From positions 21,913 through 85,912 of the forward strand of contig JBAYVZ010000004.1 of NCBI GenBank assembly GCA_041674285.1: a stretch of 64,000 bases of DNA, written 5' to 3'. The position numbers were made by a program, and so were the translations under genes. The notes beneath the pieces are model-generated. The model was not told the origin of the DNA. It worked only from the letters and a program-made list of their open reading frames with translations, and did no database searches. Source of the stretch: Minisyncoccota bacterium (GTDB lineage Bacteria; Patescibacteriota; Minisyncoccia; Phycocordibacterales; UBA9973). Shown piece by piece: positions 29,452 to 39,426 of this stretch (its first letter is position 1; each line of letters begins with the position of its first letter).

Positions 29452-31209
29452 TTATTCAGAAACTACACGTAGGACTTCTTCTGTGGTAGTCACACCTTGC
29501 ACAGCAAGGAAAATACCATCTTCAAGCATAGTCATCATACCTTCACTTTTTGCTTGCTTTTCAATCTCATCCGCAGGTGCACCTTTTAATATTAACTCTT
29601 TTATTGATAAAGATACTTTCAGTACTTCATGTATACCTATTCTACCCTTGTATCCCTCTTTATTCTCTTCAGTGATTTTAGGTCTATAAAAAGGAACTTG
29701 GTCCCAAGTAGCATCCCCTTTTATAATATTTTCCTTTTTCAAGATAGAGAGCATTTTATCCATATCTATCATACGAGCCATAGCTTGCTTCTCGTTTTCA
29801 TTTAAAAAATATTGCTCTTTGCCTTCAGATAGTCTACGAACAAGACGCTGTGCAATAACCGTTTTAACTGTAGATACAATCAAAAACGGCTCTACTCCCA
29901 TATCTACTATACGAGGGATGGCTCCAGCGGCAGAGTTAGTATGGATAGTAGATAGCACAAGGTGACCAGTCAGAGCCGCATTCACAGCTAGTGATGCAGT
30001 CTCCCCATCACGAATCTCACCTACCATTATTATGTCTGGATCCTGACGTAGTAGCGTACGCAATCCATTTGCAAAAGTTAAACCAATTTCAGATTTAGTC
30101 TGAGTCTGATTTATGCGAGCCATCTGATACTCGATAGGATCCTCTACAGTAGAAATATTCACATCAGGAGTATTTAATATATCTAACATTGTATACAGAG
30201 TAGTTGTCTTACCGGATCCAGTAGGTCCAGCACATAGCAACATACCAGTTCTCTGCTTCATACCATCGTGTATCTTTTCTAATGCTTCACCATGAAAACC
30301 TAGACCTTCAAGAGTAAAACCTTTTGCATTCTCACGAAGGATACGGATGACAGTTTTTTCTCCAAAGTATGTAGGCAGTGTAGACACACGAAATGACACT
30401 CTCCCCTGTTCATTTTCAACCTTGAATCTTCCATCTTGAGGTAGTCTTTTTTCATCGAGCTTCAAATTAGACAATACTTTTATACGGGCAGTTATACCTG
30501 GAGCCATATCCTTTGGCAAGACCATCGCATCATGAAGAATTCCGTCAATGCGGTAACGAACCAGAAGTGAATCTTCACACGGCTCGATATGCACATCAGA
30601 AGCACCTTGTAGTATGGCATGAGATATCAGAGTATCTACAATCTTAATTATAGGAAGATCTTCTACTAGTTCGCGTAATTCCTTCTCTGTCTTTTCTGAG
30701 TCAGGAGTACCTCCCGTATTATTCTTTGAGGCCTCTACACTCTCTTTTTTAATTATGTCTTCAAAGTCTGCTTGCAGGCTCTTTTTATATTGAGACAAGG
30801 CGCTCTTGATAGAGTCACTATCTGTCAGACGAGGCAAAATTCGAAGCCCAATCTTTTTCTTTATAAAGTCGATAACAGTTAAATTGGCAACATCTAGCAT
30901 GGCCACCTCTAGAGAATCCGGACCATTTTTATAGGCAATAATATTATTATTTCTCGCAATAGGCTCTGGGATCAAGGTCAATACTTCTGGGGCAATTCTT
31001 ATATTTTTAAGAGACACATAAGGTATACCCAATGCTTGAGCCTGCATATTCATCCAATCTTTTTCAGTCAAATTACCCATAGAAACTAATATCTCCCCTA
31101 TAGACTGTTTCTTTTCTAGAGATTTTTTATACGCAGTTTCAAAATCAGTTTTTGTAACCAATCCTGAATCACGTATCAGATCCAATATTTTAGTGTCGCT
31201 AATATACAT
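29452..31209 (-). CDS. pilB: Type IV pilus assembly ATPase PilB/GspE
   Basis: ASDVHIEP, RLPQDGR, GPTGSGKTTT, LRQDPDIIMVGEIRD, TGHLVLSTIHTN. Confidence 0.93.
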   Translation of the reverse strand: MYISDTKILDLIRDSGLVTKTDFETAYKKSLEKKQSIGEILVSMGNLTEKDWMNMQAQALGIPYVSLKNIRIAPEVLTLIPEPIARNNNIIAYKNGPDSLEVAMLDVANLTVIDFIKKKIGLRILPRLTDSDSIKSALSQYKKSLQADFEDIIKKESVEASKNNTGGTPDSEKTEKELRELVEDLPIIKIVDTLISHAILQGASDVHIEPCEDSLLVRYRIDGILHDAMVLPKDMAPGITARIKVLSNLKLDEKRLPQDGRFKVENEQGRVSFRVSTLPTYFGEKTVIRILRENAKGFTLEGLGFHGEALEKIHDGMKQRTGMLLCAGPTGSGKTTTLYTMLDILNTPDVNISTVEDPIEYQMARINQTQTKSEIGLTFANGLRTLLRQDPDIIMVGEIRDGETASLAVNAALTGHLVLSTIHTNSAAGAIPRIVDMGVEPFLIVSTVKTVIAQRLVRRLSEGKEQYFLNENEKQAMARMIDMDKMLSILKKENIIKGDATWDQVPFYRPKITEENKEGYKGRIGIHEVLKVSLSIKELILKGAPADEIEKQAKSEGMMTMLEDGIFLAVQGVTTTEEVLRVVSE

Positions 31210-31278
31210 ACGCATATTATATCATAGGGTTTAATTTTTAAACCAATAAAATACCCCAGACTTTCATCTGGGGGTATT

Positions 31279-31707
31279 TTATTTTAGTCGTCCGGGGTGA
31301 TAACCACCCTCCTCTTCATATTTTTCTTTTTTACTCTCTTCTTCTGGTGTTATAAACTTACCTTTTTCTTCCAGAGTTCTCTGCATCCACAATCTGTATA
31401 ATTCACTAGCATGCATAGTATCGGTAGATATAAACATTGGAACATCGTACGAATGCAATTCACCAAGGAAAACAGTTAATCGTTCTGATAAATCAGAAGT
31501 AGTAGTCAACATAAGCATATACTGATCTACATCTTCTAGTACTCCGTGCCATGGATACACCGACTCAACGGGCCACAAATCTCCACACACTGCCATATGA
31601 TTCTCTACTGCGGACCGGGCCAGATCACGCGCCTCGTCCCTATCTCTGCATGTAGTATACACAAACACGGCACCTTCTGAATCTTTATTTATTTTATCTA
31701 TAATCAT
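31279..31707 (-). CDS. cutA: Divalent cation tolerance protein CutA
   Basis: VYTTC, ESVYPWHG, LHSYDVP; start moved to MIIDK. Confidence 0.85.
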   Translation of the reverse strand: MIIDKINKDSEGAVFVYTTCRDRDEARDLARSAVENHMAVCGDLWPVESVYPWHGVLEDVDQYMLMLTTTSDLSERLTVFLGELHSYDVPMFISTDTMHASELYRLWMQRTLEEKGKFITPEEESKKEKYEEEGGYHPGRLK

Positions 31708-31769
31708 TGATTCTGCGGAATCACATCGCGCAAGTCGATTTAGCGCGATGCTCTTCAAATTAATAATAA

Positions 31770-33482
31770 TTAAATCACTTCCTGCTGATAACACTTCTCA
31801 CAATAAATAACCTCTGGTCGGTCTGGAGCGTAGCTAGTCTGGAATTCATTATCACAACCTTCGTGCATACATTTTCTGTTCCAGAGCTTTAAAGGTGTTC
31901 TTTTTGAAAATCTTTCTTTGTGACGACACTGATAACACATCCTAGGTATCGGAATATTGAATCTTTTGTAAAAGGTTAATTCATCTCGAGTTAGACGAAA
32001 TGCCCCAGAGCAACGATCGGATCCAGGGAATGTATCGCAAGATATTATTTCTTGCAGAATATCGAGGGAGGTATCTATTATTGAATCAGGAATTTGCTCT
32101 GTTTTAATTGTGGGATTATGATTTTGATTATCTTTATCTCTATATAAATAACCATTGCTAATGGTATCCTCTTTAGATAAAGGATAGAAGTAATTAGCGA
32201 TAGTCTCATTATAGGCAAATGGTGAAAATTCTATTGGGAAAAATTCTCCATATTTATACACCCTACCCTTTTTATCAACATATGGCATATCAATCATATG
32301 CTTTTTAATTTTACCAACCATATCAAAATATTCTTCTTTTGAATATTGTTTATTTAAAATACAATATGATTTATTTCTAAGACCAATACACCCAAATAAA
32401 TCATGCGAATTATAACAATTAAAAGAATATTCTACATTACTTGAGTTATAAACAACATTTGAAAAATTACAATTTGTGCCCCCTACTCCGGAGTCACAAG
32501 ACTCAAAACTATTTTCTAGCAGTCCAATAGCATTACAATAATAACAATCAAAAATATTTTCAGCTGCCCAGTACAAATATTTAGTATTTTTAACATTACC
32601 AGAAGCATCAAATATATGCTGACTATCAACAACGCCACTGAGGTCATTCCCTGTAGCATTATGACAATTAATCAACGCAGCATATTTATGAATTGAATTT
32701 AATTTTAATTCTTCAAAATCTTTTTTTAGTTTCTGAATTGTATTATAACTACCCAGATCATATTGTTTTATTTTTTCAAAATACTCCTCTTTTGAATATT
32801 GAATATTATTAAAACAATAGCTCTTGTTGCGGAGATTAGACGACATAAAACAATTCACACAACCCTTACAGTCATATAGGAAATAAGAGTCAGTTGATGA
32901 ATTTGTTTTTTCACAATAAAAAATTTTGTAAGAATCTACACAGTAAATATCCTGATAACAAAACTCACTATTGTGAACAACATACAAATCAGAAGAATCT
33001 TTAACTTTTGTAATAGAATCAGAATACATCGTTCTTTCATTTTTCCAACAAGCAGAACATAGATAACAGTCATAATTTTCTTCTGCTACATTACAATAAT
33101 CACTATTAACAGATTTTGAATTTGATAGGGCCTGAAATGGAACAACATCACGCAGAGCACGCCATTGTGAGAAAAAATCAACAGAAAAATCAAAATCACG
33201 TCCATAGTCAAATGGATCCCATTGGTCACCCCACCAATATTTTTGATCTACAATATTCATCTTTACATCTGGGTGATATATAGAGATTAAATCTTTCCCC
33301 GTCACACTATCTGGACGCCTATATAGAGCGTGAGTATTACGCCAAGCAAAACGTCTTTGATGTGAACAATCCGGGCAAAATGTAGGTGGTGGGACTTTTA
33401 TCTTGTCATAAAACGCAAAATCCTCTGGCTCTATCGTGAAATCCTGCAGGCAGTTCTGACATTGACGTGCTTCTTTATTCAT
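31770..33482 (-). CDS. Cys-rich Zn-ribbon/solenoid repeat protein of unknown function, paralog A
   Basis: CQNC..FTIEPEDF.FYDKIKVPPPTFCP.C N-terminus; N/S/C/Y repeat core; YAPDRPEVIYCEKCYQQEV C-terminus. Confidence 0.8.
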   Translation of the reverse strand: MNKEARQCQNCLQDFTIEPEDFAFYDKIKVPPPTFCPDCSHQRRFAWRNTHALYRRPDSVTGKDLISIYHPDVKMNIVDQKYWWGDQWDPFDYGRDFDFSVDFFSQWRALRDVVPFQALSNSKSVNSDYCNVAEENYDCYLCSACWKNERTMYSDSITKVKDSSDLYVVHNSEFCYQDIYCVDSYKIFYCEKTNSSTDSYFLYDCKGCVNCFMSSNLRNKSYCFNNIQYSKEEYFEKIKQYDLGSYNTIQKLKKDFEELKLNSIHKYAALINCHNATGNDLSGVVDSQHIFDASGNVKNTKYLYWAAENIFDCYYCNAIGLLENSFESCDSGVGGTNCNFSNVVYNSSNVEYSFNCYNSHDLFGCIGLRNKSYCILNKQYSKEEYFDMVGKIKKHMIDMPYVDKKGRVYKYGEFFPIEFSPFAYNETIANYFYPLSKEDTISNGYLYRDKDNQNHNPTIKTEQIPDSIIDTSLDILQEIISCDTFPGSDRCSGAFRLTRDELTFYKRFNIPIPRMCYQCRHKERFSKRTPLKLWNRKCMHEGCDNEFQTSYAPDRPEVIYCEKCYQQEVI

Positions 33483-33498
33483 AATTTAATTATACATT

Positions 33499-34725
33499 TT
33501 AGACTCTTTTATACAAGAATCGAAATACTATACCCGATATGACTATAGTTATCGCAGCTATTAGTAGCGGTGTAGTAGAGGCTAGCGCTGCAGCGATGAA
33601 TCCAGAGAGTATTGCCGGGATAGCTTGAGCTAGAGCCTGGACAGAAGAACTAATTCCCATTATTTCCCCTCTTTGATCTGCTGGTGCTGATTTTGAAAGT
33701 AGACTATTTACATTGGCCATAGTGAGTCCTGTAAACATAGAAAAGAATGGAGGGATCAATAATAATTGCCAAGAATACTGTGGCAAGAAATATGCGAGAA
33801 TCATAATACCTGCCCCCATCAACGAATAACTAAGTATCTGATATTCACTAAATCTTTTTGAAAAAGCGCGAGTGAGCACTGCCTGAGTAAACACACTCCA
33901 TAGGCCTACGTATGCAAAAAAATCTCCGATATTTCCCTGAGTAAAAGAAAATTTATTAATTAAAAATACCCCAAAGAAAGTAGTGAAGAATGTAAACCCA
34001 CCAAAAAATAAAAAGTTTGTAGCAAACAGTATACTCATACCTTTCATCTTCATTGCACGTTTTATATTTGAGATTGATTTGCCCCAAGTCAGTTCTTCTT
34101 TACGTAGATTTTTATTTGTCTCAGGTACAAGGAAAAGTACAGACAGCATATTTATAAATGCCAAAAATGCTGCAAAATAAAATGGGACAGCAGCACTAAA
34201 CCAAGACACGATTGATGGATCAGAAAGCTTACCCCCTATATATGGACCAAATATAAACCCCAGACCAAATGCAGCACCCAGCATACCAAAGTTTTTTGCA
34301 CGATTATCTGGACTTGATACATCCCCTATCATAGCCTGAGCAATAGATATATTTCCACCTGTAATACCGTCAAAAAATCTTGAAGCAAATAATAATGGGA
34401 TATTTTTTGTAATGATAGCCACAGCGAACAATATATAAGACAGGGCCGTCCCCAAAAGTGCAATACTGAGAATTTTCTTTCTTCCGTATTTATCAGACAA
34501 CTGTCCGAGTATAGGAGTAGCAAGGAATTGACCGATTGGATACACAGCAATCAATAGCCCTAGTAACATATACCCCTGATTAAGAGACGTGCCAAATGGA
34601 AGCATGTATTCCGATGAGAACGGATTAGCAAATAACTGAGGAATAACCGGGATCAGTATCCCCACCCCGAGCAAGTCAATAAATACAGTAAGGAAAATTG
34701 TAATCAAAATTTTATTTTTAAACAT
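33499..34725 (-). CDS. MFS transporter (TetA/DHA1-like)
   Basis: GQLSDKYGRK, RFFDGITGGN, GAAFGLGFIFGP. Confidence 0.92.
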   Translation of the reverse strand: MFKNKILITIFLTVFIDLLGVGILIPVIPQLFANPFSSEYMLPFGTSLNQGYMLLGLLIAVYPIGQFLATPILGQLSDKYGRKKILSIALLGTALSYILFAVAIITKNIPLLFASRFFDGITGGNISIAQAMIGDVSSPDNRAKNFGMLGAAFGLGFIFGPYIGGKLSDPSIVSWFSAAVPFYFAAFLAFINMLSVLFLVPETNKNLRKEELTWGKSISNIKRAMKMKGMSILFATNFLFFGGFTFFTTFFGVFLINKFSFTQGNIGDFFAYVGLWSVFTQAVLTRAFSKRFSEYQILSYSLMGAGIMILAYFLPQYSWQLLLIPPFFSMFTGLTMANVNSLLSKSAPADQRGEIMGISSSVQALAQAIPAILSGFIAAALASTTPLLIAAITIVISGIVFRFLYKRV

Positions 34726-34788
34726 TGTTCTACTGTATCACAAAATTAAACACTACGCATAAAAAACTCACCCGGATGGGTGAGTTTT

Positions 34789-35334
34789 TTATGCTCTTGA
34801 GATGTATTTATAATTCCAAAGTATCAACATTAGGAATACTCCCATTGACAGTGCCATAACAGGGATAGATACATAAGAGAATTCATATACATATCGCACT
34901 GCACATGACACCTCGGTAGCACTACCCGTAGCACAAGCGAGATTTGACGCTCCTCCATGTTCTACATATATATGGAATAGTGATATTATGCTACCGATAA
35001 ATGCGAGAACTAGTGCGTAGTCCACTATCACCTTTTCCCTCTTCCAGAGCTCCATACCAAAAAGAATAACTTGTGGATAGATAAATATTCTCTGCATCCA
35101 ACACAATTCACAAGCTGGAAATCCAATCACATTTGAATAGAATAAACTAATTGCCATAGCTCCAAATGCAGTTAGGAATCCAATTATAAATGTGTAGTCG
35201 TGCAAAAATTTCAAAAACACATTATCTTTTTTTCTAAAAAACAAAAGTGCTCCAAAAATAGTAAAGCAAAAAAGCTGTATGAAAATCGTCCCTAGAGACA
35301 ATATATAATTCAATGTAGGTACGTAAGTAGGCAT
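34789..35334 (-). CDS. dsbB: Disulfide bond formation protein B
   Basis: PACELCWMQRIFIYP plus second Cys pair; TM helices. Confidence 0.88.
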   Translation of the reverse strand: MPTYVPTLNYILSLGTIFIQLFCFTIFGALLFFRKKDNVFLKFLHDYTFIIGFLTAFGAMAISLFYSNVIGFPACELCWMQRIFIYPQVILFGMELWKREKVIVDYALVLAFIGSIISLFHIYVEHGGASNLACATGSATEVSCAVRYVYEFSYVSIPVMALSMGVFLMLILWNYKYISRA

Positions 35335-35335
35335 A

Positions 35336-35923
35336 TTATTGAGGTAGAGTAAACTTTATCTGTTCGGCCAAGAATTCAAGAGGAATCTCTCCTACTGCCA
35401 TAGCACTGCTATCAAAATTCCAAACATCACCATTTTGAACTGGATCTTTTTCTGACTTTATTGAGAATTTATAATTTGAAAATACCCAAACTTTTGCGTA
35501 CTCTGAATGTATATTTGCACAGACAGCAGGCTCCCCCTCAATCTTTGCCCCAGTAGGACTAGGAGCACAAGCAAGAGGCTTTGGGTCGGAAGATTTCAAT
35601 GTTATACCATTCTTGAATGTCCAAGATGGGTAACTCTCTACTTTATTAGCCTTGCACTCATTCGTCTGACCTCGTGAATCAGGGGTAGAACATTCTACAT
35701 AAGGTATATACTTTTTAGAGCTACCAAAAAGAGCTTTTGTAGCCTGACAATGCGGACACCAAAATGCCCCATAGAATACTGCACCCTCAGATTTGAGAGC
35801 TTGTGCAAAAGCGTCATACTTTCCAGGTTTTGCAGTTTTTTCAACAATAAAACCAACACCCATAATCAATATAATAATAGCAACAACAGACACGATGAAT
35901 ATATTTTGTTTTGTTTTAAACAT
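35336..35923 (-). CDS. Membrane-anchored thioredoxin-like protein
   Basis: FYGAFWCPHC, YVECS, YPSW. Confidence 0.85.
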   Translation of the reverse strand: MFKTKQNIFIVSVVAIIILIMGVGFIVEKTAKPGKYDAFAQALKSEGAVFYGAFWCPHCQATKALFGSSKKYIPYVECSTPDSRGQTNECKANKVESYPSWTFKNGITLKSSDPKPLACAPSPTGAKIEGEPAVCANIHSEYAKVWVFSNYKFSIKSEKDPVQNGDVWNFDSSAMAVGEIPLEFLAEQIKFTLPQ

Positions 35924-35949
35924 AAGTTAATTATACCAAAATGATAGAT

Positions 35950-37995
35950 TTAAAAGAAATTAAAAATTAAACCAAAAAATGTTGTAATATTATGCCACAC
36001 AACCCTTGTGATTGCGGGTATTTTAGATACAAACGGTGCAGAACTCGCACTTGCTACTAGGTTATTTTTTGCTGGCACAGGACTATCCACAATATCATTC
36101 CTAACGACAGGTGTTATCTTTTTTACTTCTTTATTTGGTTTTTTTACTTCTTCTTTTTTTATTTCTTTTTTAGCTTCTTGAATGACTGGAGTAATCGGTA
36201 TAATTTTTTCTTGAACAACAGGAATGATAACAGCAGGAATAATTTCCACTTTATTTTCACCTGAAGTTTTTACTATTTCTGTGACTGCAGGCTTCTCAAA
36301 GTCAGACAGTATGTCTATCCATGATTTGAGTGATTCTGCTGTTAGCGCATAAGAGGTAGCCCAGACACGTGAATCTACATCGCTACCTATATCCCCTACA
36401 CCACCATCACTTTTCTGTTGTGATGATACATAATTTCTCGCATTAGACAAAGCAGATGCAAATTCAGATCCGAGTGATAGTGCCTGTATAGCCCAGCTTG
36501 TAGAAGATACATTGTCCCCTATACGCCCATCAGAAGATTGATTGCTGGTTAGATAAATATAAGCTTTGTCTATATAATCTGAGACTCCATTTTTATTTTT
36601 AAAAGGAGACAATGCCATTATCGCAGCAGATGTCATATCAACACTATTATCCCAAGACCCATTTGAGTATTGTTTAGTTTTTATAAAATCAATAGTATTG
36701 GCGATTATCTCATCTTTATATGAATACCCTGCTTTTTTCAAAACGATCAAGCCAAAGATGTCATCATTATCCAGGTTCGCATCCCCTATCTGAACTCCAT
36801 CAAATTTTCCTACAATTTTTGAGATATAGTCTACGTTTGTACCGCTATATGGATTTATACCGAGAGCCATCAGGGCCATCGCATGGCGCTCATTGTCAGT
36901 CACAGTGCTTGATGTAAAATTATTTGATGTTAGATATACAGCGATGCTTTCAATCAGAGCTGAGTCACCAGTAGATCCAATAGCGACAGCCCCCCAGTCC
37001 GTATACAATGATGTACCCAAAGATCCATCTGATTTTTTATTGGCATTTAAAAAAACTACTGCATTTTCTTTTGAGAAAGTTACTACAACAGGAGCACTAT
37101 TTGAACCACCAGAAGACACAGGCTCCGATACAGACACAGAATAAGATGGAAAATAATAATCCTCTGATACTCCTATATTGTATGCACCTGGACTTGAGAA
37201 AGAAAGATTTGCACTCCCCATATCATCTACCAACGTAGTTGATATTACGGTTGGATTCCATGGATCATTCGGATTTGTCTGGGTTATGCCGATATTCACC
37301 CCGGTACGCACCACCCATGTATCGTCTGTATAATTATAAGATTTTGCCTGTGCAGTTATGGACCCAGTAGTTGTGATTGTATTAGTATCTAAGTCTACCT
37401 TGTATGGACTACCAAAATACAAACCAATATTTTCTCCTCCTGAGAGAACAGTCGCATCGATACTTGTCCAAGGGCTAGCACCTCCTACTACATACTGCCA
37501 ATTATCACACACTTCTCCGGATGAATTTATATTTAAACATTTCAAATAAAAAGAAGAAAAAGAATCATAGTACTGCAGACTAGAAAGTGAGAAAGAATCT
37601 TCTGATTGATCGAGAGTGTATAGCACACCGAGCACACTCCGAGAATTCACAGAGTGAGATACTCCCACATTATCTAGTATATCTATATTCCCTTCTGGAG
37701 GTAGAGCAATATCCCCACTATACACAACGTCCGCACCATTACGAATAAATATATTTTCATACAAAATTGGTGCAGGTTCTTCAGCTTGATTTTGCTCTAC
37801 CGGAGGCTGTTCTTCTGTGGGGATTTCTTGTACCGGAGACTGCTCTTCTAGTGGGGCTGGCGTTGAATTCTGAGTCTCTTCTACTGGCGGATTTCCAGTA
37901 TTCTGATCTGTCTGAGTAGAATCTTCTGCATATACAAAAAATCCTGAGAAAATAAAACCGAGTATTATTAAGATAGAAAATATATTTTTTTTCAT
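35950..37995 (-). CDS. Surface protein with DUF4430-like domain and prenyltransferase/squalene-cyclase-like alpha barrel (transcobalamin-like)
   Basis: Signal peptide at MKKNIF; WQYVVGG..P; repeats QYSNGSW, DMTSAAIMAL, QSSDG, STSWAIQAL; downstream of Cbl riboswitch. Confidence 0.7.
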   Translation of the reverse strand: MKKNIFSILIILGFIFSGFFVYAEDSTQTDQNTGNPPVEETQNSTPAPLEEQSPVQEIPTEEQPPVEQNQAEEPAPILYENIFIRNGADVVYSGDIALPPEGNIDILDNVGVSHSVNSRSVLGVLYTLDQSEDSFSLSSLQYYDSFSSFYLKCLNINSSGEVCDNWQYVVGGASPWTSIDATVLSGGENIGLYFGSPYKVDLDTNTITTTGSITAQAKSYNYTDDTWVVRTGVNIGITQTNPNDPWNPTVISTTLVDDMGSANLSFSSPGAYNIGVSEDYYFPSYSVSVSEPVSSGGSNSAPVVVTFSKENAVVFLNANKKSDGSLGTSLYTDWGAVAIGSTGDSALIESIAVYLTSNNFTSSTVTDNERHAMALMALGINPYSGTNVDYISKIVGKFDGVQIGDANLDNDDIFGLIVLKKAGYSYKDEIIANTIDFIKTKQYSNGSWDNSVDMTSAAIMALSPFKNKNGVSDYIDKAYIYLTSNQSSDGRIGDNVSSTSWAIQALSLGSEFASALSNARNYVSSQQKSDGGVGDIGSDVDSRVWATSYALTAESLKSWIDILSDFEKPAVTEIVKTSGENKVEIIPAVIIPVVQEKIIPITPVIQEAKKEIKKEEVKKPNKEVKKITPVVRNDIVDSPVPAKNNLVASASSAPFVSKIPAITRVVWHNITTFFGLIFNFF

Positions 37996-38025
37996 ATTAT
38001 TATTTATATTTAAATTGCGATCGCG

Positions 38026-38043
38026 GATCCTAACGGGATTCAT
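38026..38043 (-). mobile_element. Remnant left end of the TIR element family at an upstream ATG
   Basis: ATGAATCCCGTTAGG; right end not recognisable; in frame with start at 37995. Confidence 0.5.
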
Positions 38044-38048
38044 ATCCT

Positions 38049-38570
38049 TTAATTAATAAAGCCTTCTCTCTCCCATCGCACAGCATCACCCTCTTTCAAA
38101 AAATTCTTAGATATACCCACAGATGCTTTTTTATCATTTAAATAATACACCCAATATTTACCCTCATTACCTTGTAAACCATTGATACTATCTACAAACA
38201 TACCCATACCACTATAGTCTTTTGACGTAAAAGTAAAATATTTATTTTGAGTAGATAAATCTACCATTGATTGGTATATACTCACCCCTTCTGAGGCTTT
38301 GGATTCGTAAATTTTATCTTCAACGATTATTTTGATATTTATCTCATTTTTATCTATCTCTGGAATTATTTCTTTTACTTCTGAAATTTTATAAGTAACT
38401 TTTTTGGAACTTTCAGTTTTTCTCGGTACTAGCTTTGGGGCCTCTATTTTAGGTGTAGTATTCACTACTGATTCAGAGTTGCTAACTTTTTTAGAATACT
38501 GATAAAAGAAAGCAATAGACAGTATGACTAGGACAGCGAACAAAAATATTTTAATATATTTATTTTTCAT
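38049..38570 (-). CDS. DUF4430 (transcobalamin beta-domain-like) membrane-anchored protein
   Basis: GMGMFVDSING...YWVYYLNDKKASVGIS...LKEGDAVRW. Confidence 0.85.
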   Translation of the reverse strand: MKNKYIKIFLFAVLVILSIAFFYQYSKKVSNSESVVNTTPKIEAPKLVPRKTESSKKVTYKISEVKEIIPEIDKNEINIKIIVEDKIYESKASEGVSIYQSMVDLSTQNKYFTFTSKDYSGMGMFVDSINGLQGNEGKYWVYYLNDKKASVGISKNFLKEGDAVRWEREGFIN

Positions 38571-38595
38571 AATAAATTAATGCATACTAAATAAT

Positions 38596-38623
38596 AAAAA
38601 CTCCTGCACGGGCAGAAGTTTTT
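38596..38623 (-). terminator. Riboswitch expression-platform terminator
   Basis: Minus strand AAAAACTTCTGC-CCGT-GCAGGAGTTTTT upstream of DUF4430 gene. Confidence 0.75.
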
Positions 38624-38665
38624 ATATCCTTTTTTACAAAGAGATTTCCTGCTCGGGTGAACAAT

Positions 38666-38752
38666 TTATATATTAAGATCGGACTTGTCTCTTGCGAGCT
38701 TTACCGTTGCGGCACAGTGGAGGAATATGACCTCACTTCCAAACATATAAAC
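38666..38752 (-). promoter_or_regulatory. Cobalamin riboswitch (short/variant class)
   Basis: Minus strand GGAAGTGAGGTCATATTCCTCCACTGTGCCGCAACGGTAA...AAGTCCGA core; B12 gene context. Confidence 0.85.
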
Positions 38753-38768
38753 TTAAATTTTAAATGAA

Positions 38769-39290
38769 TTATACTCGGACAACTTCTGGAATAACAACGA
38801 CTGCAGTACTTTCCTTTTCTACCCATCTTTCAATCATTGGTGATAGAACTATAGCAAAGGATACATTTGAAAGCAAATGAATAGCCGTGAATGGTATCTG
38901 ACCTACTATTGCCGCCATGAATGATTGCCCAAAGAATAGTGGACCCATAGTCAAACCAGTAACAACATCAAATACGATAGTACTTACAAATGCGAATTTA
39001 GCATAGTTCTTCCATCCTGTACGATTCTGGAAATAGAAAGATGCAGCAAGACCAACTAATCCATAGGCAATACCTGCAAATAGTGTCCACACACCAAATC
39101 CTACTGTAAACATGTCGTACACAGCCACAGACAAGAAACCAAATAAAAATGAATACAATCTACCGTATGTACGAGACAACGGCATAACCATAGCCATCAG
39201 AGGCTCCAGATTTGGAGCCCTAAATGGTAGCAGTCGAACCAGTAGTCCAACTACAAACAGAGATATAATTTTGATTGGGTTTTTCTTCAT
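38769..39290 (-). CDS. ECF transporter S-component, probably cobalamin (CbrT-like)
   Basis: ~6 TM; PNLEP; GFGVWT; GQIPFTAIHLLSN; between nrdJ and Cbl riboswitch. Confidence 0.78.
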   Translation of the reverse strand: MKKNPIKIISLFVVGLLVRLLPFRAPNLEPLMAMVMPLSRTYGRLYSFLFGFLSVAVYDMFTVGFGVWTLFAGIAYGLVGLAASFYFQNRTGWKNYAKFAFVSTIVFDVVTGLTMGPLFFGQSFMAAIVGQIPFTAIHLLSNVSFAIVLSPMIERWVEKESTAVVVIPEVVRV

Positions 39291-39409
39291 CCCGTTAGAA
39301 GTAGATACTCTTTAGAGTATCGTACATAATTTAACTAATAAACTCGAATATAACTAATTTATTCAAATAAAATCCGTAGCTAGAATAACATGCATGACTT
39401 CTAACGGGA
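39290..39409 (-). mobile_element. Short TIR element at S-component start codon
   Basis: Minus strand ATGA-TCCCGTTAGAAGTCAT...TATCTACTTCTAACGGG-ATGA; homologous to 4347-4469. Confidence 0.82.
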
Positions 39410-39426
39410 TCATAAGTTTTTTTATC

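Noticed and set aside
31724-31750. Hairpin CATCGCGC...GCGCGATG upstream of cutA
   Set aside because: Single instance without a U-tract or family termini; function cannot be supported
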